Shown in pieces: positions 51,969 to 64,000 of a stretch of DNA of 64,000 nucleotides. The stretch spans positions 69,254,001 through 69,318,000 of the forward strand of contig JAGIQG010000006.1 of the NCBI GenBank assembly GCA_024679065.1. Direction: 5' to 3'. How positions within the stretch are numbered: the stretch's first letter is position 1; each line of letters opens with the position of its first letter. A program made the position numbers and the translations under genes. The DNA comes from Sphyrna mokarran. Its lineage: Eukaryota. The notes under the pieces were generated by a model. That model made no database searches, was not told where the DNA came from, and worked only from the letters and a program-made list of their open reading frames with translations.

Positions 51969-52116
51969 GATCCTTGGCACTGTGAGGCAGCAGTATTAGC
52001 CACTGTGCCACAGTGCTGCATTTTTGTAATTTCAGCAAAGATTTTCTCATTCATTTATCTCTCACTATTTGGAAGTCTATGAAATACTCCAAGTGATGTG
52101 CTTATACTTTCACTGC
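51969..52116 (-). repeat. Inverted duplicate of 51463-51609
   Basis: The reverse complement aligns over ~145 bp. It also explains the twin ORFs MRKSLLKLQKC on opposite strands. Confidence 0.92.
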
Positions 52117-52260
52117 ATGGAAAATGCTGAAAATGATACTAATCAATGGCAAAAAACATGGATAGGCTAACAATGGACGGACAAGGCAGACAGATGAGAT
52201 TTAATGCAGAGAAATGTGAGGTGCTGTAGTTTGGCAGCAGGATAGGGAGAGGTAATATAT

Positions 52261-53341
52261 GGGGGTGTTTTTGAGCCCATGCCTACTCCCCGTATGAATG
52301 CCACCAGGGCTCAAGATCCAGAAGTAGCAGTTCTCGCCAGCATTTTTGATCTTCTACGCTGGCGACATCATCAGGTTCATGCCTATAACAGGCATTAACA
52401 TGCTTTACATGAATTTATTTAGATTTTAAAATATCATTAACCTGTCCCCTCACCAAATACAGACATCCCTCCATGTAGTGGGGTCGATGTGACATCACAT
52501 CAGTGCGGTTTGCAACAGGTTCACACAGATATGAATTTGTCCTGGGGGCCTCCCTGGGGATGCAAAGGGAAATATAGATCCCAAAGGAGAGGGACATAGC
52601 CAGACAGCGGCTTGGCAATGCCTTCTGTTTCAGGTTGACATTGCCAGATTGGCACCATGTCCATGCCAACCAGGCAGTGCCAACCTGGCATACCAATCTG
52701 TGCCGAGAGTTGGATCCCAGTGGGACTGTCATGGGGAAGGGATGGGTTCATATATATGTGGTGGTGGCTAGGAGTGGGAGGAGGCATGGGGATGCTGGCA
52801 ATGGCGATTGTGAAGGGAGGGGTGGGGGGAGCTGGGTGCCAGCTCTGAATGTTCAGGGCAAGAGGCGACAATGATTGCAGAGGAGGAGACTGGGCGATGA
52901 TCGGGGAAAGGGGAAGAGGCAGGATGGAGTGGTTGATAATCAAGGGGAAGGGATTGATGATCAGGGGGAGGAAAAGGAGTCTATGATTATGATTGGAGAG
53001 GGAGATTGCTCTGAGAACTCTGTAGTGGGCTATTATGATCAGAGCATCCTGTGGGGCAGAGTGTGGTAAGATCTGGAGAGAAAACCAACCTATTTCTCTG
53101 AAGGAAAATGCACTGTTTTTCGCACCGGAAACAATACTGTGCAATTTTTTGAGAAGATTCCCCCTTTTGAATGGGATTTGGTGCCCCACCCCCCAACCCC
53201 ATGAGATATTTTCATATGGCTCACCAGTGGCCACTGGTAGCATCTTTCGTTCCTGCCAACGTCTATAATGTTTTGCGTGGCTCACCCATGCTACTGTGGG
53301 AGGGAGGTGTCTCTGGCAGGAAGAACTGGAAAATCCTGTCC
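52261..53341. mobile_element. GC-rich non-autonomous TIR element(s) with a G-rich degenerate minisatellite, abutting a CR1 RT fragment (about 52160-52260)
   Basis: Starts gggggtgtttttg. Candidate ends aagattccccc (53164) and aaaatcctgtcc (53341). Internal GATGATCRGGGGA-like repeats. Confidence 0.55.
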
Positions 53342-53574
53342 AGTCTTTTTTTGGAATTCTCAAGAACTTTCCTTAGCAGAATCAACCTTGTTACAGATAC
53401 CCTGTCTCTGCCACCTATTGATTATCGTTCTTATGATCAACCTCACCCTTGTAACTTAAACATGGCCTGATTTTGGGGAAATTTGTTCTGGCCTTTGATT
53501 CTTTTTAACTCCCAGAAATAAAACAAATTTTTTGACTGTTGCAGAGATTAAAGATGCTGTTATTGAGGCAAATA

Positions 53575-53800
53575 AAGATTTCTGTTTTTATAGTGCCTTT
53601 CAAGTTCTGATGACAGCATGTTCCATTGAATTAATTACTTTCAAAGTGTAGTTACTGTTGTTATATAGCCAAAGCAAACAGCAAATTCACACATAGCAGG
53701 TCTTAGATAAATAACATATTAACTGGCTGACTTGTGTTTGGTGCTGATTTTTGAAGAATATTGGCCAGGACACCAAGATCTTGAAATTTGATAGTGCCAT
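53575..53800 (-). mobile_element. Deu-domain SINE (SacSINE1-like), decayed
   Basis: aagtgtagttactgttg..aatattggccaggacacca..atagtgccat, homologous to 60830-61210. Confidence 0.65.
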
Positions 53801-54919
53801 TCTTGTTTTTGGGCACTGAATGGGCTTCTAAGCCTCCAATCTAGTGAGCAGGAATCACACATTGATTCTAAGTTGAAAATGTACTAGTGCCTTGTCAGCA
53901 TTGGTATGACAGGGGTTTACATCTGAAACAGGCATTACACTGTTTGTTGATAGGGGCAACAAATCATGATGGAGGACCTCTGTTCAAGATTGAGTTGTCT
54001 TGAACATAAATGATAGTGGCCCATCTACAGTCAGTAAAACTAGGACTACAAGCAACCTATCCCTCGATTCACACAATGTTTTTACAATACACTTGCTTGA
54101 ATTTTGAGCCAAGAGCTGCACGTGTGCCTCTCTTAGCTCCACGTTCGGATCACTGATTGCTGCTGGCCAGCTTTCAACTTCTGCCCCCATCAACACAAGC
54201 ACGAGCAGCACATCCATCTCCTGCCACGCCCTCACCATCAATTGCTGCTTCCACTTAAACCCAATTACCATGGTCAGGCCTCCTTCCCATGCTTCCTCCA
54301 TCTCGTTCCCGCTCCCTCACTTCCTTCAGAATAGCCCTTTAATCCTCATCTTTTCCTCTTTCAAGATTACCCGAAGGCTGTTTTCAACAATCGTGCAGCC
54401 CAAAATTGGAAGCCTTTTTCCTGACAAGCAGGTTGGAGATGTCCAGTCAATGTCCACAGCTCTTTGGCACCATTCCAATGAAATCCAGTACTGGGTACTT
54501 CCTGGGCTTACCTGTTCAGGTGCAAAGAAGAATCCATCCTTTAGAGAATCCCCTGTTCTTTTTCAAGAAATAATACGAGCTCGTTTATGTCAATCTCTGC
54601 ATGCAGCTGGGAACTTGATTTAACATTTCATCTGACAGACTGGAAAGGCAATCTTTATTTGAATTAGAAAAATCAAATCTGCGAGAATAACCCCAACTGT
54701 CTACAATTCACCTTCCCCTGAGTTCAGGCTGCCAGTTTCATTCTGAACTCAAAAGGCTGACATTCACTGATTGCTTTAGTAGCTGGGTTTTGTTCAAGTG
54801 AAATGAGTTGAAAACAAATAATAGAATGGAGTTCTCTCGTGCACAATGGGTGGCAAGATCTAAGTATATGCCTGATGATATCAGCCCGACCAATTCTGAT
54901 CATACAGGTAACCAAGTGA

Positions 54920-55455
54920 TGGAAGAAATGCAAAGAAAGACCATGAGGTTGACCCTCAGTCTCAAGATGCTGAGTTATGAGGATAGAATCAAAAGGCTAA
55001 GAATTCCCATCTTGGAAAGATGTTTGAGAAATAATCTTTAATAAATAAGCAAGATTGTTAAGGGGATATAAAATATTACTTTAAATTAAACTGTGTAAGC
55101 ATGGGAGAGAAGTTCGAAGTAGCAAATGGTAATTTTTGGATTCATGTTGGAAAATTCTTCATACAAAGAGTTATCAATCTGTCAAATAAACTTACAGATG
55201 AAACAATTGGGCTAAAACCTTGCAAGTATTTAATAATTATGGATATAACGTGGAGATATTGGCTGGAATTCTCTCACCTCACCCACAGCTGGGATTCTCC
55301 AGTCCATCTGCGCTCAATGGAAATTTAGCTGAGCACCAAATTCTCTGTTCTGGATGGCAGTGGTGGAACAATGTACATGATTGGAGAATTCTGGCCGTTA
55401 AGAGCTTTTGGGATGGATGCACTAGAATAGGCTGAATAGCCTTCCCCAATTGTAA
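54920..55455 (+). mobile_element. CR1 3' fragment with a nested MITE (55261-55396)
   Basis: LSYEDRIKRL..LER and FFIQRVINL remnants. MITE TIRs ggctggaattctc / gagaattctggcc. Confidence 0.75.
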
Positions 55456-55809
55456 TCTTACATACCAGATTTTTTGAAACAAAGGTTGAATTTTAACCAC
55501 AAAAAAAATTGGGATTGAAATGGAATATGATGTAAATGTTTCCTAAATCTTAAATTGATCTCAACCTACCTCTAACTAGTCCAGTGTTTAACAGAGTTTG
55601 GAAAATGAATGGACTTCCAACCCATTTAATCTAATTTAATGTTATGATGAGGCTAAGAATCTCATATTTAACTTCCCTTATTGATTAAAACATACCTTAA
55701 GGACAACTCCAGAAAAAATGTTAAGTGCTTTTACAACAGAAATCAGACCCTGCACCCACAATTCTAATAACATCTGCAGGCTCATTCCCTGCAAATATGC
55801 TCTATTCTA

Positions 55810-56310
55810 CTCTAAATGGCTATAAATTGAGAGGGAGGAATCTATAACGACACCCAGATGTCCTTGTACATCAGTCGCTGAAAGTGTGCAGGTGTGGCAG
55901 TCATGTTGACCTTAACTAGAAGATTTGAGGACAAGAGCAGGGATGTCTTGCTGCAGATACACAGGGCCTTGAGGAGATCACATTTGGCATATTGTGAACA
56001 GTTATTGGTCTCCTTATCTGAGGAAGGATGCTTTTGCTATGGAGTACAACAAAGGTTTACCAAACTGATTCCTGGGACTGAAATATGAACAGATTGAGTT
56101 GGTTAGGATCATATTCACTGGAGTTTAGAAGATTAAGGAGTGGATTTCATAGAAACCTATAAAATTCCAAAAGGGTCAGACAGAGTAGATGCAAGAAGGA
56201 TGTTCCCAATGTTCGGGTCATAGTCTCAGAATGTGGGGTAAGTCATTTAGGTCTGAAATGAGAAGAAATTTCTACACCAAGGAGTGGTGAGCCTGGGGAA
56301 TTCGTTACCA
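55810..56310 (+). mobile_element. CR1 ORF2 C-terminal fragment
   Basis: KSRDVLLQIHRALRRSHLAYCEQ..VQQRFTKLIPG..YSLEFRRLR..EMRRNFYT. Confidence 0.85.
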
Positions 56311-56673
56311 TGGAATTGTTACTGGAGGGAGAAAATGATAAGGAATTTTGAGTTGACAGGTGAATAAAGTCAAAATCTGTCGAAAAGCACCAAGGGCACT
56401 GGTCTTTTGGCTTATTGCTGTTTGTAATTTTATGTTCCTATGTGGAGGACCTCCTAGACTCAATTATAGCAGCACTGCAGAATCTGATAATGTTCTATTT
56501 CATAGCCTTTTCAGCCAACCTCTTAGTCTTAAAAATGTTAATAAGTATATACGGTGAATTGCCAGCTGAAGACTTTATTCCGTCAAGAGTATACATCTTC
56601 AAGCCATCAAAATAGCAGAACTTAAATGCATGAGTCTATCAATTAACATATTTCTTAATTTTATATATTGTAA

Positions 56674-56856
<183 letters not shown>

Positions 56857-57794
56857 TAAGAAGATATGGAGGGGAGAACACAAGGATTGTGTTAGTGTGA
56901 GGGCAGCAAATAATTACTGAGCTGGTGAAGTGTTCCGAAAGGAGAAGCTTTCTTATGGTGAGATTGGGATCATTGGAGAAGAAGAAAAGCAAGGTCACTT
57001 GTAAGAGCAAAAGAACGTGTGGAATGAGGAAACAAAATTGGTTTTGCAATTCTTTCTGTCTACAGACTATGTACGGTCTATTCTTTTGTTTCCTTTTTCA
57101 AAAGGTCTTTTCTGAAGAAAGCCATAGCCACAATGTGATTTCTAATCTTCCTTTTCAATATTAATTACTGGGCTAATTGCGTTTGGCATGAGAAGAGACT
57201 GGTGCTCACAGGGAGTGCACCATGGAAATATTTTAGTGAACAGACCATGACTTTTTTTGAGTCATTAGATGGAAAATCTCTTAGTGCCTGAAATTTCCTG
57301 AGACATGTTTCCCATGAGTGAGAACCCATGCCATGTTATGGAATCACCAATGCTGTCCTTGGCAATGAAGATAAAATCCTGCAGATACAGTGCAGAGTTT
57401 TACTGGTGATTTGTGCCACTATTGTGCCAAATTTATTTTAAATCATTAGTGCTGAGGAAGTTGAGCAAAGGCCCATGACCTATGGAACAGTACCGCATCA
57501 CAGTTGAAAGGAACCAGAGAGAAGAAAAGATAAATTGGGCAGCAATGATTCAGTGACTCATAATTGACTGTTAAAAGCCCAGTGCAGGTTTAACTGAAAT
57601 AAAACTGGACAGAAATTCTCACATTTTATACATCATTCACTGGAAAAGTATATATGAAGTGTTCAAATCAGAAGTAAAAACAGAAATGCAAGAAGCTCTG
57701 TTAATGAGGACAAAGCACTATTATATTTCAAGTTTTAATCCTTTATATGGATTGAAAATAAAGAAAGCAAGAAAGAAGAATGATTTAAAACTAC

Positions 57795-59117
57795 AGGATG
57801 GGATTTTCTCGAAAAAATTCTAAATGTCAGATTTGTGTTAAGATTGGAGTAAATCCCATTGCTTTCTTTGGCAAAATTAATCTCTAAGCACTGCAGAGAG
57901 TCGTGCTGTGAATCACGCTATAAATTAGGGGCAGAGCTTATTCGCACTGAAAAGGCTGGCAGTATAGTGCTGAATGGGCCACTGCGCATGTGCCAATTTG
58001 TCAGCATCAAGCTCAGCACATGCGCAGTAGCTGCACTGCCAGTCTCCTGATGGCTGGCCAGCTCAATCACTGGCCTACTGGCCACCACAGCAAGCCACAC
58101 ATCATCAGCAGTACAACTCCCATTATGCCCCCAGTCGCTGGTCTTCTGAACATGATCAGACCAGCCTCAAGCCCACCCAACCCGCTGGCCCACCTTAATC
58201 TCCCCCCCCATCCCTTAGTAGTCCCGATCTCTTTGACCCACCCCACCAGCAGTCTCAACCTCATCATCCCCGACCAGCAGCCCTGACCTCCTACTGCAGT
58301 TCTGACCCTCCCTTGACAGACTGACCTCCAATCCAATGGCCAGTCCCAATCGCTGGCCCCCCTCCCACTGTCATCGCTAAGTGCGGAGTGGCAGTGGGAC
58401 TCCCCACCCCACCAATCGTGCCCCCAGATGCCATGCCCCACTTGGCCCCGTCAACTCTAACCTCACCTCTTAAAATTGCCCACGACCCATTGGTCAGCAC
58501 CAAGATGCCCTCTGGGCATTGCTACTTTAGAACATAGAACATAGAACATTACAGCGCAGAACAGGCCCTTCGGCCTTCGATGTTGTGCTGACCAATTAGG
58601 AAAAAGCAATGACCCTCTAACCTAAACCATTCCCTTTTCATCCATAAACTTATCTACTAACCTCTTAAACGCCACCAAACTTGGCGCATCTACAACTGCC
58701 GCAGGCAGGGCATTCCATACCCTTACCACCCTCTGGGTAAAGGAACTACCTCTGACAAAGTGGCCAGGCCACTTTGTCTCATGGACAGTGGCCTGGCTGG
58801 CATGGTGAATGTGGCAGTGCCCAGAACCACCCCTCCCAAATAGATCAATGCCCAGATGCCCCCCCCCCCCCTTCACTCCAGTGGGGTTGGATGCCATTTC
58901 CCCATTAGTGAGGAGCTGTTGTAAACCTCTCTGGAGTGAAACACTTCAATTCTGGGCCTGCTAATTAGATGCAAATCATGGTTTAAATAATTTATACAGT
59001 TCTGCGCTGATTTCTGACATGGAACTGACGGTGCCAGAAAACCGGTGCCCGAAGTATCGCAGAGGCCGTGGCATCCAATGGAGAGCACACTAAATGACTT
59101 CCACTTAAATCACCCCC
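57795..59117 (+). mobile_element. GC-rich non-autonomous TIR element hosting a second young CR1
   Basis: Both arms are homologous to 41922-43892. Ends ggatgggattttc / ttaaatcaccccc. C-rich core 58120-58500. Confidence 0.7.
58529..58756 (-). mobile_element. Short young CR1 3' end, close relative of 42447-43660
   Basis: Near-identical 3' UTR and peptide (WNALPAAVVDAPSLVAFKRLVDKFMDEKGMV). Candidate TSD gctacttt / gccacttt. Confidence 0.93.
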
Positions 59118-59578
59118 ATAGCATTACTTATGGTAGCTCATGTCACAAAGAAGCAACCATTGGGCTAGAAAATCTACACAAAACAAGTCAAAACAGTTTA
59201 AAGTAATTTTGGTCAGGCTTTGAAAAAGTTTTTTTCTTAAATAGGAAGATAAAAAATAACTCCAGTTGATGAAATGGAAAGTAGATCAATGGAAGTGGGG
59301 AGAAAAATAAAGGAGACAGCTCTAGCCCAGTGCCACTAAAGATTGTATTCAAATCAGAATAGTTCAAAATATCTAAGAGAAAGATGCAGGCACTCTAACC
59401 CTTCATCGACTCCATTCTAACACTTTTATCTTTGGTCTCCAGGACTTCAAGGACAATAATACGTATCTTTTTCCTTACTGAGCTTTTTCTCTTGTTTCTA
59501 GCATTTGTTTCCAAAATATTTTATGCAGTATGTTTCTCTCTTTCCCTCCCCATTACTGTATTTTTTTCTTTTTGAAAG

Positions 59579-59711
59579 GTGAGGGAAGTCATATGGCAGC
59601 AGTGCGCAATTCAGGTTACGCACGCAATTCAGTATGTAGTCGAGTTTGCCAAACGCATTACAGGGTTCATGGACTTGTGTCAGAACGATCAAATTCTCCT
59701 TCTCAAATCAG
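59579..59711 (+). CDS. RORB: RORB coding exon (exon 6), LBD helices 3-5: [44 protein letters not shown](G)
   Basis: Long polypyrimidine tract plus gaaag acceptor, CAG|gtatgg donor, 133 nt, phase 0 to 1. Carries the nuclear-receptor signature FAKxxxGFxxLxxxDQxxLL. Confidence 0.96.
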
Positions 59712-60619
59712 GTATGGATTATAAATATACTTAATGAGTGAAATGGCTGTCATTTCATTGTCAGATTATGGCATAACTATCAAGTTAGTCAATATTTAAA
59801 AGCCAGTGCCATCATGGTAGTAGTTGCTACAAGCCATTTTCTATGTTTACATTCACAGCCAAGCATAATTAGCCAAGCATCATTTCAGAGTCAGTGACAC
59901 AATGCAATTATTTCATCCATAATCATGTCTTGCACTGTCAATTTATTTTCTTTTAACTTAATTTAATAAAAGTTAAACGAGAAGTATAAAACTAAATTGT
60001 ATAGATTTATGCTGGTAAAGACCTAATGGCTACTTTAGTTTGGATTTTCTCCGATGATCTACATTGTTATAGCAGTGAAAATGACTTCAAGTAATGAACA
60101 ACAACTAACATCTCTTTCACCCAGTTATAAGATAGGAACAGGAGTAGGTCATTTAGTCCCTCAAGTTTGTTCTTCTACTCAAAGCAATCTTGACTCATCT
60201 GTGAGTTAATGCCTTTGCCCCATTTCACTTAATATCTTGTGGTGACAGTCATTTTTAGACTATATCTGCTATTTTAAATTCAAAACCAGCATAAACAATT
60301 CCTCTTTAATTATCCTATCAGTTTGCTGTAATATTGATCAAATCACCCTCAATCTTCTAAATGACAGGAAATGCAATCCGGTGTAATCTGTGTAATCTGT
60401 AGTTTGTGTAATCTGCCCTCATAATTTAACTCTTGAAGTTCAGGTATCAAATCTATACTGTACTGAGGTGTCCTAAGGTGTGGTGCCCAGAGTTGGCCAC
60501 AGCACAATTTGGTATAGCCCATCTGGGACTTTATATAGCTGCAGCACGACTTCTAACCATTTGTTTTCTAATCATTGGGATAAGGAAGAAAACAGAACAT
60601 TTGCCAGTAAAGAGTCATA

Positions 60620-60743
60620 GAGTAGGATACTCCAGATGCACTCGCACCAAGGCCAAATATTCTTGCATGGAATCAATGGACATTTACATGGGATGCCAAA
60701 TTTTCTGTTCCACCGTGATGGGCAGGACAGGAAAATTCTGCCC
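60620..60743. mobile_element. MITE inserted in a CR1 (AGAGTCAT)n tail
   Basis: gagtaggatactcc ... gaaaattctgccc flanked by ATA on both sides. Confidence 0.65.
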
Positions 60744-60829
60744 ATAGAGTCATAGAACAATACAGCATGGAAACAGGCCCTTCAGCCCAACTGTCGACCA
60801 TAATGCCCTCCCAGATAGTGCTTTTTGCG

Positions 60830-61210
60830 ACATCAGGATTTTTCAAAGTGCTTTACAGCCAATATAGCCCTTTTCGAAGTGTAGTCACTGTTGTCATGTA
60901 GGACTAACATGTGCACAGGAAGGCCCCACAACAGCAATGTGATAATGATCAGATAATCTGTTTGTGTGCTGTTGATTGATGGATAAATATTGATCAGAAT
61001 ACTGGAGACAGTTTCCTTAATATCATTTTCAATAGTGCCATGGGATCTTTGAAATGCACATGGCTCATTAATTAATGTTGCATCCAAAAAAGAATGCAAC
61101 ACTCCCTCAGTGTTGCACTGGAGCATCTGTCTAGACTTCTGAGCAGGAGCCCTGGACTAGAGCTTGAACTCATAGCCTTCTTAGTCCAAGTGAGAATGCT
61201 ACAACTGATG
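60830..61210 (-). mobile_element. Deu-domain SINE (SacSINE1/AmnSINE-related)
   Basis: Minus strand contains aaagatcccatggcactatt..aatatttatcc..acagattatctgatcattatcacattgctg..acagtgactacacttcg, the Deu-core layout. Confidence 0.8.
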
Positions 61211-61249
61211 TTCAGCTGATACTGCAATGTGGAAATGCTAGCAATCATC

Positions 61250-63640
61250 CATCTCTTTGATAATTTTCTGTATCCATTCATAGTATTTTGAATGTTCCAT
61301 GTACTTAGATCCCCAAGTCTGTCAAACCTTCTAGTCTTTTAACTTGTAGAAAATGCTCTGTTCTATCCTTTTTCCTATCTATCCTAAGTAGTTGAGAGTA
61401 TACAATGTTGAAATCCATTTGCCACAGTTTTGCACATTCACTTAATCTATTAATATGCTTTTGTAGTTTTATACTTCCAGCTGCATTGTCGACAATGCCA
61501 TTTATCTTAATGTCATCGGTAAACCTAAATATGTGGCTTTCTATTTAGTTAAATCGTATCCCTTTCTATCCTAACCTTAATATAGACCCCTGTAGGATGT
61601 CACTAGTTATATCCTGCCAATTAGGGTACTTGCTTATTATCCCTGTTAGAACCATTGAATAGTTATAGTGCAGAAAGATGTCATTCAGCCTATCGTGACT
61701 ATGCCAGCCAAAAAGAAGAAAAATAAATCAGCTGCTCATTTTAATCCCACTTTCCAGCATCCGGTCTGTAGCCTTGCAGGTTACAGCACTTCAGAAGCAG
61801 ATCCAGGTAACTTTTAATTGAATTGCCTCAATCATTAACTTAGGCAGATGTCTGTCACCCTCTGGGTGAAATTAACTATTTGTTTCCTGTTGTTGAGCCA
61901 ATTTTGGATCCAATCTGCCACCTTCCCCTGTATCTCCTGAAATCTCACTTGTTTGACCAGTCTGCTATGTGGGACCTTGACTTACTGAAATCTATGTAGA
62001 CAACAGCTGCTATGCTACCATCATCAATCATTCTTCTACTTTTTCAAAAAAACTTACTATGTTAGTACGATGCAATCTCTTCTCCTGACAGAACAATGCT
62101 GACTATCCCTAATTAATCCATATCTTTCTAAATGACAGTTTATTCGGGCTCTCAGAATTGTTTCCAATAATTTGCCCTCCACCAAAGTCAGACTGAACTG
62201 GCCTATGATTTTCTGGCCTATCCCTTGCAATCTTCTTAAATAATGGTACAACACTCATTGATCTCCAATCTTCTGGGACCTCAGCTGTGCTTAATGAGGA
62301 TTGGAAATGATTCTAGGAAGATTTTTCATTTCTCCCTGGCTTCCTTCAACAGTCTGGGATACAATCCATCTGGACTTGGTGATTTATCCATCTTCAAGGA
62401 TGCCAATCCCTTCAGTACTTCCTCTCTCATTGTGTTTATTTTATGTAACATATCACACTCATACTCTTTATATGAATGTTTGCATCATCCCTCTCCCTAG
62501 TCAAGACAGAGGCAAAATACTCATTGAGATCCCTGCCGACATCTTACGAATCACCCCACAACTTACCATATACATCTCTAATAGGCCTATCTTTTCCTTA
62601 GTTATTTTCTTGCTCTTAATGTATTAAAAGAATCATAAAATCATAAATCTCTTCAGTGCAAAAGTAGGCCATTCAGCCATTAAGTCTGTACTGACCACAA
62701 TTCCACTCAAGCCCTATCCCTGCAACCCGCCACAATGCTACTAATCCCCCCAAACACAAAATGGTGATTTAATACGGCCAATCCATCTAACCTGTAAACC
62801 TTTGGACTATGGGAGAAAACCGGAGCACCAAGAGGAAACCCACGCAGACACAGGGAGAATGTGCAAACTTCACACAGGCATGACCCAAGTTGTAAATCAA
62901 ACCCGGGTCTTTGGTGCTATGAAGCAGCTGCACTAACCACCATGCTATCCTAGTAAAATATCCTTTTTTTTGGGTATCATCTCTTTGCATTCGTAGTTTG
63001 CATTTTTACTTCACCAATGTACATTCTATAATCCTTTAGCCTTTTGTGCCTGTCATAAGCTTTCTTTTTTCCATTTTGTCTTGGCATACATCTGGATAAC
63101 AAGGAGGTAGATCTGACTTTTTCTTTGTGCCCATAGAATTTCCCCTTTGAGTGCTTCCCACTGTAATGACACAGTTTTTCCTTCTAATTAGTTGTATCCA
63201 GTCCATTCTTGCCCGTTCATCTGTCCGTTCATAAAAATTGTCTTCTCCCAATTTAGAAGTTCTATTCCTGTTCTATCTTTGTCCTTTCCCATAACGATAC
63301 TAACTTTCAGTATTATGTTCACTATTTCAAAATGGTCCCCATTGCTACTTCACCCACATGTCCAAATTAATTTCCTGAGGTCAGAATTCTGCCCTTTCTC
63401 ACTGGGCTGGTTATGTGCTGAGTAAAATAAGTTCTATTGGATGCACTTCAAGAACTTTGCTCCCTCTATGCCCTTCAAACTGTTTGTATTCCAGTTGTTA
63501 TTAGTATAGTTGAAGTCCCCAATGATTGCTGTCTTATTGTTTTTGCCCTCAGAAATCTGCCTACATCTTTGGTCTTTGAACTCCCTTCCACAATTTGGGA
63601 ATGTAATACAGTACTAGCAGTGTGGCTGCCACATTTTTAT
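61250..63640 (-). mobile_element. Long decayed CR1 ORF2 (endonuclease to RT) with nested inserts
   Basis: Minus-strand IIGDFNY (EN, ~63520), SPSPDGLYP (~62370), SLTLVEGKLLETILRARINCHLERYGLIRDSQH (~62190-62100), and an FTDDIK-like RT remnant (~61515). Confidence 0.8.
62629..62950 (-). mobile_element. Full-length HE1-like V-SINE
   Basis: Minus-strand ggatagcatggtggttagtgcagctgc head, V core, agaatcataaaatcata tail. Confidence 0.85.
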
Positions 63641-64000
63641 TCTTGACTTTAACTCATATAGCCTCACTGGATGCTTCATTTTATCATTAACTTCTCACTA
63701 AAGGACTTCAATTGGCAATGAGGTAGAAAGTTGTTCACCAGCCTTTCCCCCATGGACTTAATTGAGGTGGAGGCGGAAAGGTGGCAGGGTCCCCATATGT
63801 CACCCTCCCAGGCTTAAAGGCCCCCTAATAGCAAACTCACCAAGGTGAAGGGCAATAAATTCTGCCCTTGGTAACTTTTCCATGTTTCTAATTTTCAATC
63901 ATAATTTGAACACAAATATTTTTTGCTTCTTATGCAGTAAATGTTCACAGAACTCTACACTATCAATGAAATCTGACTTATTGCTCATTCTTCTTTTTGG

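Noticed and set aside
52521-53363. 280-aa proline-rich ORF on the minus strand
   Set aside because: By-product of a G-rich low-complexity core in a non-autonomous element. No domain motifs or splice context.
59712-64000. Next RORB exon (CLEVVLVRMCRAF..)
   Set aside because: Not found. The region is repeat-filled intron and the exon presumably lies beyond the window.

Overview
Eukaryotic genomic DNA, almost certainly from a cartilaginous fish (shark); this is inferred from HE1/V-SINE-type, Deu-domain SINE and CR1 repeats. The window lies inside one + strand gene, the nuclear receptor RORB (NR1F2). Five coding exons with canonical AG/GT borders and compatible phases are readable: 16186-16271, 27968-28109, 30603-31019, 56681-56802 and 59579-59711. 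They encode the zinc-finger DBD, the hinge and the start of the LBD. The canonical first exon and the last LBD exons were not found here. The introns are a layered transposon graveyard: CR1, L2 and Rex1/Babar LINEs, three or four SINE families, Penelope relics with decayed hammerhead cores, a Gypsy RT relic and a solo LTR, a nearly full-length decayed pogo (POGK-like) transposon, two Harbinger/HARBI1 transposase relics, and many GGGC-terminated non-autonomous TIR elements. Almost all ORF-track entries are spurious. The most interesting observations are: (1) a recursive-splice-type AG|GTGAG at the start of the LBD exon at 59579; (2) two young CR1 copies each independently nested in the same GC-rich TIR element family, one with a perfect palindromic 5' junction; (3) a 145-bp inverted duplication spanning a LINE/SINE junction; (4) a V-SINE that appears to have swapped its CR1 tail for a Rex/Babar-type tail. 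No prokaryote-style novel system (CRISPR, defence operon) is present. Repeat boundaries are approximate, and family names rest on recalled consensus motifs rather than database searches.
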